IMG/VR virus record: IMGVR_UViG_3300035703_002708
Source: a virus
Lineage: Duplodnaviria > Caudoviricetes
Direction: 5' to 3' (one strand)
Length of the DNA: 64,000 nucleotides
Positions 48,700 to 59,512 of this stretch are shown here, piece after piece; position 1 is the stretch's first letter, and every line of letters begins with the position of its first letter. A model generated the notes under the pieces. The model saw nothing but the letters and a program-made list of their open reading frames with translations. It was not told the origin of the DNA and searched no databases. The translations under genes were made by a program, and so were the position numbers.

Positions 48700-49092
48700 A
48701 TGAACCTAAAAGAATCCATAAAAAGAATATTAAAAGAAACCCGTGAAGAAAAGGTTAAGAACTTTATCTATTCAAAATTCGATAAAGTATTTGACGAATT
48801 GAATTTAGAGGTTGATTATGAGGAAAATAATTATGTTTATGGTAAATGGTCTGACAAAAATAAACGAGAAGTATTCCACAGAAATGATTGGGGTTCTTTT
48901 TGGATTATCGAGTGCGAACCATACAGGACATTATACAGATATTCCAAATCCGTTGGTTTAGATTATGAAGAATTTGAAAAAATGCTTATTGACTATTTGA
49001 ATGATAAATACAAAGAACAATTCCTTAACAAAAAATTCAAAAGTGTTGGGGATGAACTCTATTGTTTAGAAGATGAATCAATATGGAACTAA
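48700..49092 (+). CDS. ILKE-leader hypothetical protein
   Basis: MNLKESIKRILKET. Confidence 0.75.
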   Translation: MNLKESIKRILKETREEKVKNFIYSKFDKVFDELNLEVDYEENNYVYGKWSDKNKREVFHRNDWGSFWIIECEPYRTLYRYSKSVGLDYEEFEKMLIDYLNDKYKEQFLNKKFKSVGDELYCLEDESIWN

Positions 49093-49670
49093 AAGAAGAT
49101 AAACATTACGACTTCCTTTTTTTGGATTACAAATTCACAAAGGGTTTGGAGTTTGTAATCAACAGGTTAATGAAAAGAAAGTTTGATTGGTTTAATTCAT
49201 TCAAATTAAATTCGGTAATGGTCAATTCGATGAGTCCTTGGGAAGGAATACATGTATTTTATTTGGGAGTATTGAATGTTGATGAAAATTGGGGAGAGAA
49301 AATGTGGATTGAGGAAGGACAATATGGTAAATTTCCTGGTAATAGAGAATATGATTTTGACAAATATAGTGGTGTATTACTTAACGAACTTGTAGGTTCA
49401 AGAATAATGTCAGAGATTTCTGAAGTGTTTAACTTTGCTTTCAGAGGAGTAAGACCAATTGAAGATACACCGAGAGTGTCAAGAGTTGGAAGATTATTAT
49501 TACATTTTGATAAAAGTAAAAAAGAAGATAATTTACAAGAAACAATCAAACGAGTATTGAAACAACAAACAGAACTAAAAGAAAGATGTTGGCCTGGTTA
49601 TACTCAAAAAGGTATGAAAACTATGTTCGGTAAAAGATATCCTAACTGCGTAAAAAAGAAAAAGAAATGA
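49083..49670 (+). CDS. KYDW-family domain + internal leader + CWPGY module
   Basis: KRKFDWF; NLQETIKRVLK; CWPGYTQKGMKTMFGKRYPNCVK. Confidence 0.7.
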   Translation: MELKEDKHYDFLFLDYKFTKGLEFVINRLMKRKFDWFNSFKLNSVMVNSMSPWEGIHVFYLGVLNVDENWGEKMWIEEGQYGKFPGNREYDFDKYSGVLLNELVGSRIMSEISEVFNFAFRGVRPIEDTPRVSRVGRLLLHFDKSKKEDNLQETIKRVLKQQTELKERCWPGYTQKGMKTMFGKRYPNCVKKKKK

Positions 49671-50113
49671 CACTCAGACAAACCATAAAAAAAGTCCTCA
49701 AAGAAAGCACCCGTGATGAGTTCATAGAAAAACTCAAAATCAAGCGAAAAGATTTGGGTTTGGTTAAAATGAGAAAACTTCTCGGAGGTTTCGATGAGTA
49801 TATTAAGTTATTACACGACGGAGATTACGAGGACTTCTTCCAAAAAGAAATTAGAGATAAGTTTGATGATTATTTATCATTTTTAGTTAATAATTATTAT
49901 GGACATCCTTGTGAATACGAAAACGAACATCAAATGATTGAAGTTATAAAATATGCCATTATAGAGAGAATGTATTATGATTACTTTGGTGATTTAGATG
50001 ATAACGGTAAAGAATGGAGAGAGATGTTTAATGTTATGGACGACCATATATATGGCAGTTGGGGCGAAAAACTCTCAGAGTATTACAATTTAAGATGCGG
50101 ACATTATAAATGA
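49667..50113 (+). CDS. VLKE-leader hypothetical protein
   Basis: MTLRQTIKKVLKES. Confidence 0.75.
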   Translation: MTLRQTIKKVLKESTRDEFIEKLKIKRKDLGLVKMRKLLGGFDEYIKLLHDGDYEDFFQKEIRDKFDDYLSFLVNNYYGHPCEYENEHQMIEVIKYAIIERMYYDYFGDLDDNGKEWREMFNVMDDHIYGSWGEKLSEYYNLRCGHYK

Positions 50114-51024
50114 TGAGTAGTACAAGAAATGAATTAGATAAATCTGTCGTAAAAAAAATGGAACTTGTATTAAACAGGTACCTGAAAAGATATGATTGGT
50201 TCAAAAAAATTGAACTTGAAACCATAGGTTACAGTCCATCTGAAAAGGTAAGTCATTTCGCACCTGTCGGAACAATATATGTTGATGGGGATTGGTTATA
50301 TGAAAGATGGAGAGAATATCATTACGAAGGACCATTTCCTGATTTATATGATGAAGAATTGGGGGTAAGTTTGGGTGATTTTATCGGTGGAGATTTATCA
50401 GAAAAATTAAGAGGTGAATTCATTACGACTTTTGTTGCCGTAACTGGCTATCTAAGACCAAAATACATTAGTTGGAGTTGGTTAAAAGTCAGAACAAAAG
50501 ACGATGAAACACAAAATTTGAGAGAGTCAATCAGAAGAGTTTTGAAAGAGAATACACAAAGAGTTAGAATAGAAAAATTGATTGATAAAGTTGGTTTCGA
50601 AAACGCTTGTAAATCAGTTGGAGGTATTCAACAAATAGCGAAAATAATGGATGTTAGACCAATTGAATTATTAGAAAAGTATTTCATCGGTAACAAGTTA
50701 TCAACTCAAGATATAGACAAAGATGTTCCTGTTGGTGGATATGATTTTGATTTCAAACCAACCGCTATTTCAGAAAATTATATGGAGGGAATTTATATTG
50801 ATTATACAATAACAAAAGGAACAATACATTTAATTTATGGTACTGGTGAAACATTTGATTTATTTGACCCCTCTTTAAGAAAAAAAGAATATTGGTGGGA
50901 AATAGAATATGAATTACAAGATATTTTCAGAGATTATTCTATGATTTATTTGAGGAGATTAAATTATAATATGGATGATGATACTGCGATATTTATTGAA
51001 GTTAATTTTGATGACAAGGCATGA
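50110..51024 (+). CDS. two-module protein joined at an internal leader
   Basis: KRYDWFKKIEL domain, then NLRESIRRVLKEN. Confidence 0.75.
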   Translation: MMSSTRNELDKSVVKKMELVLNRYLKRYDWFKKIELETIGYSPSEKVSHFAPVGTIYVDGDWLYERWREYHYEGPFPDLYDEELGVSLGDFIGGDLSEKLRGEFITTFVAVTGYLRPKYISWSWLKVRTKDDETQNLRESIRRVLKENTQRVRIEKLIDKVGFENACKSVGGIQQIAKIMDVRPIELLEKYFIGNKLSTQDIDKDVPVGGYDFDFKPTAISENYMEGIYIDYTITKGTIHLIYGTGETFDLFDPSLRKKEYWWEIEYELQDIFRDYSMIYLRRLNYNMDDDTAIFIEVNFDDKA

Positions 51025-51614
51025 AACTGAGACAGACCATAAAAAAAGTATTAAGGGAATCAATTGAACTTGACCATTCAATCAGAAGAAGATTGAATGT
51101 AAATCAACAAGAAATGATTGACAGATATAAAAAAGAAGTCTTAAGAAATTTCAAATACGAAAAAGATTTGAAATTAATTATAGATAAATCATCGAGAGAC
51201 GCTGCATTTGAAATCTTGGATTACATCGAAGCATGGCGTGATTTACCACAAGCAAAGGCTATGGATGAACTTTTAATTTTGAGTAAATACCTTTATAAGA
51301 ATTATGGAGATATGATGATGGATTTTATTAGAAACACATTTGACGAAAATCATAAAGGTTTTGATGACTTTACATATGTGTTTCACAAACACTCAAACAG
51401 AAATGGTACAGGAAATGGATTTTCAGATGGATACCAAACTTGGTTCGAACTCCTCAAAGATAAGGCAAGTTGGTTTTCCGATTTGAATTGGAATGAAATT
51501 AAATCTAAGTTAGACAAACAAAATGGACCTGCAAGTGTGCTCATCAAAAGTCCTGGCGATGAAGGAAATATGTATAACTATTATTTCAGTATAAGAAAAG
51601 AACCAAGAAGATGA
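51021..51614 (+). CDS. VLRE-leader hypothetical protein
   Basis: MKLRQTIKKVLRES. Confidence 0.75.
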   Translation: MKLRQTIKKVLRESIELDHSIRRRLNVNQQEMIDRYKKEVLRNFKYEKDLKLIIDKSSRDAAFEILDYIEAWRDLPQAKAMDELLILSKYLYKNYGDMMMDFIRNTFDENHKGFDDFTYVFHKHSNRNGTGNGFSDGYQTWFELLKDKASWFSDLNWNEIKSKLDKQNGPASVLIKSPGDEGNMYNYYFSIRKEPRR

Positions 51615-52072
51615 ACCTACAAGAATCCATAAGAAGAATATTAAGGGAGGAAACTCGTTTTAACAAAATGGGGGAAGAAAGATATAAATCTTGTTCTATG
51701 TCAGATATTACTAGAATGGAAATAATAGATAATTTTCTAAAAAAAGTGGAAACAAACTCAAAGTATAATGAGGAAGAACCAAACTATGATATGTTACTTG
51801 ATGATTGGGATGGGTATGATGACCAAGTTTATATTCAAAATCAATTAGACAAAGGGAAAATTATATTCTATGAAGGGTGGGTTGATTCTTGTTGGTCTGC
51901 CGTATATAAAAAACCACAATATAAAGGGATGGATGAAGAAGAAGTTATTGATAATATAATAACAAAAAGATTCCCAAGAATTGCCGAAGAGTTTAATATG
52001 ACAATTGATGATTATGGGTATTTTAATAATGGTGATGGATATATAATGTATATAGTATTTAAAAGAATCTAA
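51611..52072 (+). CDS. ILRE-leader hypothetical protein
   Basis: MNLQESIRRILREE. Confidence 0.75.
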   Translation: MNLQESIRRILREETRFNKMGEERYKSCSMSDITRMEIIDNFLKKVETNSKYNEEEPNYDMLLDDWDGYDDQVYIQNQLDKGKIIFYEGWVDSCWSAVYKKPQYKGMDEEEVIDNIITKRFPRIAEEFNMTIDDYGYFNNGDGYIMYIVFKRI

Positions 52073-52073
52073 T

Positions 52074-52670
52074 ATGAACCTCAGAAACACCATAAAAAAA
52101 GTATTAGTTCAAGAAAGTAGAGCGCTTGAAACAATCAAGAACTATGTTGAAAAATATGGTTTATTGAGAACTTCTGAAATATTAGGATTATCTTTAACAG
52201 AAATTGTCAAAATAACAAATCATCCGATTAATACCGAGTTAGCCAACGAGTTGATTGTTGAAAACTTCAAAAATGGTAATTTAGACAGAACTTATAAAGA
52301 GTTCAAACTATCACTTGAATATGGTGATGTAATAGGTTGGTTTGGACAATTTGATAACGGACCTTTCGGAAATTATGTTGAGCAGTATTTTATTTACGCA
52401 ACACCATATTACGATTATAAACAACAAATACCAGTAGATGTTTCTTGGTGTGATTTATTGAATCAAGATGATGGTAGTGTGAAAAGTATTGAAGGGGAGG
52501 GTAATTACTTTTTTAGTATAAATGTCCAAGATAATTTCAAATCGGTGGAACATTTATTTGATTGGTATAATAACTTTTATCTTCCTTTAACCTACGATGT
52601 AATAATGACTAAATTAGTTCCTGAAGTGAGAGATGACTTAGAATGGAAATACTTTGGTAAAAAATTCTAA
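52074..52670 (+). CDS. leader-bearing hypothetical protein
   Basis: MNLRNTIKKVLVQES. Confidence 0.75.
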   Translation: MNLRNTIKKVLVQESRALETIKNYVEKYGLLRTSEILGLSLTEIVKITNHPINTELANELIVENFKNGNLDRTYKEFKLSLEYGDVIGWFGQFDNGPFGNYVEQYFIYATPYYDYKQQIPVDVSWCDLLNQDDGSVKSIEGEGNYFFSINVQDNFKSVEHLFDWYNNFYLPLTYDVIMTKLVPEVRDDLEWKYFGKKF

Positions 52671-52672
52671 AT

Positions 52673-53086
52673 ATGACAAAACAAGAAAAATTAAGAGATA
52701 AGTTAAGATTAATGACCAAAACAATTGGTGTGATTCAGATGATGAAATCAATTGGTCTCAAAGATTTATTAGAAAAAACTGAAGGTTTTGATTTCCTTAC
52801 AGAAGAAGAGCTCGCAAAATCAATCCAAGAATGTGTTGATATTACAGGACCGATGCAATATAACGAATTGGGTATTCAACCAATATTGTGGAGAGAAACA
52901 AGAGATGAAATACACCAATTAGAATATTTCTCGGGAACAAGAGCGGTGGTCCAAGTATGGGAAGGATATAATTACGATACTGATGGAGGAGAATATCAAG
53001 TTTTTTATCATAGTATGAACAAAGACCAACTAATGTTAATTTTGTATGGTTTTTTAGATTTTATAGAAACCGAAATGACTTTGTAA
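52673..53086 (+). CDS. hypothetical protein
   Basis: N-terminal module similar to those in the 49667/50110/52074 proteins. Confidence 0.65.
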   Translation: MTKQEKLRDKLRLMTKTIGVIQMMKSIGLKDLLEKTEGFDFLTEEELAKSIQECVDITGPMQYNELGIQPILWRETRDEIHQLEYFSGTRAVVQVWEGYNYDTDGGEYQVFYHSMNKDQLMLILYGFLDFIETEMTL

Positions 53087-53115
53087 AAAAAAAGTTTTAT
53101 ATTTGCCAATATCTT

Positions 53116-56100
53116 ATGAAACCAAAAGATAAGGCAATAGAATTAATCACCACTTTTGATAAAATGTTATCACAAAGACACTACAAACCTGATGTAGAAA
53201 CAAAGTTGTGTGCCTTAAAAGTTGTGGATGAGATTATAAAAAGTCGTCAAGAAGATAGTTCATTTGATGATAAAATGTTATCTTTGTCTGAATATCATTC
53301 ACCTCACCCGATGTATTTGAGTTATTGGACACAAGTCAAACAAGAAATAAATAATCTATTATGAGTGGAGGACATTTTAATTATAAACAATATGAAATTG
53401 GTCACATCGCTGAATCAATACAATCCGTAATTGAAAAAAACGGAAGGAAAAAGACCGAAGAAGAACTAAAAGATGAAAGGTGGGGATATTACGAACCTGA
53501 CTATTACAAGAAATATCCTGAAGAATTATACCACTTCAAACATTCAGACGAGATTATAGAGAAATTCAAAGAGGCGGTTGATATATTACGAAAGGCTGAG
53601 GTTTATGCTCAAAGAATTGATTGGTATTTGTCAGGTGATGATGGAGATGAAACATTTATAACACGACTTAAAGAAGATTTGGAAAAGTTATGAAAAAAGA
53701 ATTTTTAACATACGAACAATCTCTCGATATGAGAGCGATAGGTTTTAATGAACCTTGTTTGGCGTATTACGACAAAGACGGAGATTTCTTGGGCGACATC
53801 TCAGTTAATGAAGATACTGACAATTTATATACAAACGCAGATTTTGTGATGTATCAGGATTTCAAAGTTGCAGATGTATCGGCACCAACAATAACACAAG
53901 CACATAGATGGTTAAGACAAAAACATAATCTATATGGATGGACCTATACGAGTGATGGTGTTAAGTTTTTTTACACAGTATTATCAGATGGAAGATATGT
54001 CAGAGAAAATGGAAGTGGCGAAACTTTTGATGAAGCAGAACAGGAATGTTTAAACAAGCTAATTGAAATTGTAAAAAATAAATAATATGGAAAAAGAATT
54101 TGTGTCATATCAACAAGCATTAGAACTTAAAGAATTAGGATTTGATGAACCTTGTTTTGGGTGGTACGCTTCAGATAAGTCTCTGATAAAAGATTATGTG
54201 ATAAAAATGCATTTGTTAGCACCAACATTCTCACAAGCATTTAGGTGGTTTAGGGAGAAGCATAAAATAGGAACTTGGATTCATCATTATTTTAACATGG
54301 ATAAAGGTAATTTTGAATATAGTTTTGTAATAACATTACCATATAAAGATGATGGATATGTTTATGAAAAACACGAAGAAGCAGAACTTGCCTGTTTAAA
54401 CAAACTAATAGAAATTGTAAAAAATGAAATTAATAAAAATTGACACAGACCACTACATTATTGTAGATGATTCAGAGATTAAAATTGGGGATTGGACACA
54501 TAACATTTCGAGCAAAACTATCTTTATAGCAACAAATTCGTTAATTAATTTAATTAACTGCCCGAATGTTGTTCTAACCACAAACAAAAAAATCACTCAC
54601 TCCACACAACCTTTAGGTGATAATAAAGACACTCAATATTTTCCAAATCAACCATATTACCAAAAAAATGGTAGGTTGTCTCTCCAAGAAGTAAAAGAAC
54701 TAATTGGTGAGGTTGAGCCCTTAAAGAATATGTGGTACGAAAGAAATGTACAAAATCCTTATCCAACAACTACTACATCATACACAGGTTTTAATAAAGG
54801 TTTTGAACTCGGTTACAACCAAGCCCTTGAAGATAACAAGGATAAGAAATATACAGAGGAGGATTTGAAGTATATGTTTGAATGCGGTAGAAACTATCAG
54901 AATAATGCTGAGATAACTTTTAAGGTGTCTATGGAATACCTCCAACCAAAAACAGAATGGGAAGTAGAATTTTTTGATGGTAAATTAAAAATTAAATAAT
55001 ATGAATAATTGGATGGGAGTGTTATTAACACTAATTGTTTTTTTTGGAATAATGTTTATAGCATATTATTTAGACGAAATCAGAAAGAGTATTGATAAAC
55101 TCAATAAATAAAAACATATGAACAAAGATAGAATTCAAATAGACGGAGTTTGGTATGTTAGAGAGGACAACCGAGAAGATGAACCAATTAAATTGGATGT
55201 TGTTGAGACACAAGGATGTGTTGCAGAAAACGAGGACTTTTGTTATGAAGCAACAATAATTGCTAACGGTAAAGGTGGTTTTTATGATAGTGTCGATATC
55301 AAAGTTACCGATAAAAGACAAAAACCTTGGAAAGAAGACCATTGGGATAACAATAGTTGGATGTTAGGGATATTAGAAAATAATCCTGACTCATTAGAAG
55401 AGTTGGGATACTATACAAGAGACAATTTCAAATTTCTCCAAGCGTTTTTACAATACCTAAAAGATAAGGAGTGGTTATGAAAGATTGGACAACATTTAAC
55501 GTAAAATATTTGGCAATACCATTTACTATGTTGGTGTTTGGTATGGTAATAGGATTCGGTTTATCTGAATCAAAAAAGAAACCGTCAAAAAAATATCCGA
55601 TAGAAGTTCAGTGTTATTGGGCAACAAATGGATATGTAAGTTATCCAACTATGGAGTGTGACTCAATCAAAGGTGACACAATATGGAAAGACGGGAACAA
55701 AGTGGTAAATAAGAACATTATTAATATATCATTCCAATGACAGAAGAAAAATTTAAGGAGATTAAAGAACTCCAATCAAAAATTGAGAAAAAGCAAACAA
55801 ACCTAAGAACAATTGATGGACTTCTTCAAAGTTGTGGTGTCGGGTGTAAAATAACGGGAACACCAAGAAATTCTTTCAATTTCAAATTAGAATATCAATT
55901 TTCCGATAAATCACTTATAGTTCAAATATTAGAGTCCGAAAAAGAAAAAATATCAAATGAACTCAAAGAATTACAAAACCTTTTTGAAACATACTAATAA
56001 ATAATAATATGAAAACTATTGACGATTTCATAAAAGAGTTGCAACGAATAAGTGAAGATAAACGAAAGTTGCCATTAGTAATCCAAACTCCAAATGGGGA

Positions 56101-58402
56101 ACTAACCTCACCATCCATAAAAATGATGTGGGATGAACCACTTATGATGTTTGAAAAAGAACCAGACAAAATGTTTATTGATTGGAGGTAATTATTTTAT
56201 TATGAAAACAATATTAATCAAGGTTATATTCACATTACCATTTATGGTATTAGACATAATTGTTTTACCCGTTCAGTTGATATATTGGATTTTTTCAGGT
56301 AAACTTTTAACGCCATTCACACAACAATTATGGGAAGCGGAGTAAAACCAAAAAATAAACGAAAATGATAATTGAATTTCATAAGAACAAATTGGATGAC
56401 CACGAATGGTGGTTTGATTTAGGTTTGGGTTATCAAAATACCGATTACTACGAATACAAAAAAGTATTCACCATAGGATTAGGTCTTGTAACAATTTATT
56501 TTAGATGGGGGAAACGATGACAGCAAAAGAAAGAGCAGAAGATTTGGTAAGTAAGTTTTTCTTCTTAACAGAAAATTTGGAAAATCAAAAAAAATGTGCT
56601 TTGACAACTGCGGACCAAATCATTTTGGAACAGTGTAAAAGTAGCGAAAAAAAAGATGCAAAATATCAAGATGAAAGATTGTCATATTGGTTTGAGGTAA
56701 AAAGAGAAATAGAAAATATATGAAAAAACAAACAGCAGTAGATTACCTGATAGAACAATTAGAAGCGCCATGCAGAGGTATTCCATCTTTCATAATAGAA
56801 AAAGCAAGAGGAATTCAAAAAGAACAAATGAGATTGATATACGAAGGTATTTTACAAAACGTGGGAACCTCAATCAAACAATCTGATTTACCAACATTTG
56901 AACAATACTATAATCGTTATTACGAAAATGAACCATAACCCATTCGGTCTCAAAGTAGGAGACACCGCAATTTTGGATAACCAAAGATGTGTAAAAATTA
57001 TAAGTCAAACACCAAACGATATGTTTAGTGAAGTTAGGCCATTAGCATATTTCCTATCAACAGAAGGAAAGTGGGAAAACTTGGACAATTATGAAGTTAT
57101 GACAAACAGATTAACTCCATATTTCGGGACACATAAAGAACTCACAGTTAATAATGAGATTTCAGATGAGGAGATACATAAAGCGGCAACCAATTATTCA
57201 AACTTTTATTATGAATTTAGAGCGGGTGCTCAGTGGTATAAAGAACAATTGAAAAACATATAACGAAACTTATGTATAAATCTTTCAAATTAACAAAACG
57301 ACATAGTATAGCGTTTAATACTTTTCCTAAATCGGCCAAAAGTATCAAGACCAAAGTACCTGCATATCACACAGGTATATGTAAATCAACGGATGAAATT
57401 AACCAATTTGATACTTATTTTTTTGTATTGGGTAGATTTAGAATAATGTGGTATGTTCAACATAAACATAAATGTAGATTAACTAATGGGTAATAATAAA
57501 CAAACGGCAGTAGAATGGTTAGAAAAAATATGTAATGATAGAGGTTATCATTTAATGGAAGACTATTTCAAACAAGCCAAAGCAATGGAGCGTGAGCAGA
57601 TTGAAGAGGCTTATTATTCAGGAACTGCACAATTTGCAAATGACGCAAGGATAGATTACCCTAAAACATCAGAAGAATACTACAACGAAACATACAAAGG
57701 AGGTTCAAATGAGTAAGATATTATGCTTTTTTGGTTGGCATAACTGGAGTACAACTTTACAAGATTACTTAGATGAATATGGCACTTTGCCACTTGATGC
57801 TAAAATATCTTCAAAGTCAAAATGTTCAAGATGTGGCATAACATATAAAGGAGGTGAGCAATGAATAAACAAACAGCAGTTGAATGGTTAGAGAAAAAAA
57901 TAAGTGACTTAGTGTCTGAGTATGTTTTAAAAAATTTATTTGAACAAGCCAAACAAATGGAGAAGGAGCAGATAATTGAATCCAATTACGATGGTCAGTC
58001 ACTTCATGCGAAGTCCGTAACCAGTTTGATGATGAAAGATAATGCAGAACAATACTACAACGAATTGTATAACAAATGAAACCCGAATATATAACTTGTG
58101 CGGCAATTTGGTATAAAGACCTACCAACTCAAACTTATCTACCAAAAAACATAGATAAGGGAATCGTTGTGTGTGGTCATAGACACAATAACTGTATTGA
58201 TATTGTCAAAACTTTATCAGAGTTAAGGACCGTAAGATTTTCACCTGATGGAGTGGGTGAATCAATCCAAGGATTTATGACAAGTTATAATAGATTTGTG
58301 GATAGACAAGAAGCGATGGGAATCGCAAAAACAACAGGACAAATAGATGAATCAAAACTATATAATCCAATGACAGGATTATTTTCAGAAGATATATATT
58401 AA
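53116..58402 (+). other. array of about 19 small accessory CDS with internal paralogues
   Basis: Tightly overlapping ORFs after TATATTTG (53098); families GF(N/D)EPC (53690, 54087), KQTAV (56720, 57486, 57861), K.KA.EL (53116, 56505); unlisted 57709-57864 (LCFFGWHNW...CSRCG). Confidence 0.7.
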
Positions 58403-58408
58403 TTCTTA

Positions 58409-58440
58409 TTTGATTAGTTCGGAAATTATATATACATTTG
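58409..58440 (+). promoter_or_regulatory. Bacteroidota-type promoter of the ncRNA cluster
   Basis: TTTG, 20 nt, TACATTTG, 9 nt before tRNA-like A. Confidence 0.75.
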
Positions 58441-58449
58441 TGATGTAAT

Positions 58450-58558
58450 GGTCAGGTGGCGAAATGGTAGACGCATAGTGTTAGGTCTAATTAGACACGT
58501 TTGAAACAGAACTCCACTATTGTAGACGTACATACAGGTTCGAATCCTGTTCTGACCA
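58450..58558 (+). ncRNA. tRNA-like RNA A (Leu-type frame, anticodon loop replaced by 34 nt)
   Basis: GGTCAGG/TCTGACC acceptor; GCGAAATGGTAGACGC D arm; TAGTG/CACTA stem; TGTA-GACG-TACA variable arm; ACAGG-TTCGAAT-CCTGT T arm. Confidence 0.85.
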
Positions 58559-58560
58559 CA

Positions 58561-58770
58561 ATGAGTTAGAGATACTCAGCAGTCTTTGGTCCAAGACTCA
58601 TTTAACAATGGACTCGCTCAAACCGGACAGCGGAACGCCGGTTCTTGGGGATAAAGGCGGCAGCACACCCCCTCCCAAGTAGTGTGGCTGTTTTAATGAG
58701 GGATGCCTCGGAGGTTTTTAAGAGAATAGAAAACCCAAATAACTACTCACCCGTAATCTCAAGGTGGGGA
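58561..58770 (+). ncRNA. unassigned structured RNA
   Basis: GC-richer than flanks; several stems and two possible pseudoknots; lies between two tRNA-like RNAs. Confidence 0.55.
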
Positions 58771-58773
58771 AAT

Positions 58774-58861
58774 GGTCAGATGGCGGAATTGGATAGACGC
58801 TACCCTATATTTGGGGGAGAGGTGAAAGAAACTCATACAGGTTCGAGACCTGTTCTGACCA
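58774..58861 (+). ncRNA. tRNA-like RNA B (non-canonical anticodon arm)
   Basis: GGTCAGA/TCTGACC; GCGGAATTGGATAGACGC; ACCCT-ATATTTG-GGGGA arm lacking U33; ACAGG-TTCGAGA-CCTGT. Confidence 0.8.
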
Positions 58862-58918
58862 CTATAACGCTCCTAAGATATATTTAGGTTTTCTTATATT
58901 TATATATAAAACAAAATT

Positions 58919-59167
58919 ATGGAACACGAAATGAGAAAATACATAGACACTTTCAAACAGAAACTAACTGAATCAGAAAACTTGAATATAACTGATGATA
59001 TGTTTAGTTTTTCTGATATGATAGGATTCACAAGATGGATTCTTCAAGGTGATGATTTTGGTAATATAACACGTTATATTTACATAGAAACGAAAGATGA
59101 TTTCATTGATGACGATGGTAATAGATACTCTTGGGAAGATTTATATAAGATATATCAGGAAAATTGA
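58919..59167 (+). CDS. hypothetical protein with LTE leader
   Basis: MEHEMRKYIDTFKQKLTES; TATTTAT at 58897. Confidence 0.65.
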   Translation: MEHEMRKYIDTFKQKLTESENLNITDDMFSFSDMIGFTRWILQGDDFGNITRYIYIETKDDFIDDDGNRYSWEDLYKIYQEN

Positions 59168-59192
59168 TTATAACGTCTGATAAATAATAGAT

Positions 59193-59510
59193 ATGAAAAA
59201 CTCGCTAATAATTTTATTCGGTATTATTATATTAATGTCGTGTAATGTCGGGAAAACCAAAATAAATAAAATCACTAAGAAAGAAATGTCCGAATACAAT
59301 ATCATTCGAGACACCGTATATCACAATAACGAAAAAATTGCATATCTTAATCTAATTGAGTGGGAATATTTTAATGGTAATCTTATTCAAGAAATATCAA
59401 TTGTTCAATTTAATCCATCGGAACAAGATAAGACAATCAAACTTATTTCATACGTTCATACAAAACACCCCAAAGCAAAAATCGAAGTCAAATTTAAGAA
59501 TGATAAGTAA
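59193..59510 (+). CDS. lipoprotein
   Basis: ILMS-C lipobox. Confidence 0.6.
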   Translation: MKNSLIILFGIIILMSCNVGKTKINKITKKEMSEYNIIRDTVYHNNEKIAYLNLIEWEYFNGNLIQEISIVQFNPSEQDKTIKLISYVHTKHPKAKIEVKFKNDK

Positions 59511-59512
59511 AA

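Noticed and set aside
57696-57854. AAAGGAGG Shine-Dalgarno-like sites as evidence of a non-Bacteroidota host
   Set aside because: Only these two cases were noted, both inside YKGG-coding gene ends; most starts have A-rich SD-less leaders
48240-58402. Diversity-generating retroelement or integron behind the paralogue arrays
   Set aside because: No reverse transcriptase, template/variable repeat pair, integrase or attC-like sites in the window
58559-58620. Theta (HDV-like) ribozyme 3' of tRNA-like A
   Set aside because: A P1-like ATGAGTT/GACTCAT stem exists, but L3 would be too short and no P1.1/J4-2 pattern is visible
58561-58770. tmRNA or RNase P RNA
   Set aside because: Too short, no tag reading frame and no RNase P P4 consensus
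58645-58887. 80-aa ORF in the track
   Set aside because: TTG start, overlaps the structured RNA and tRNA-like B
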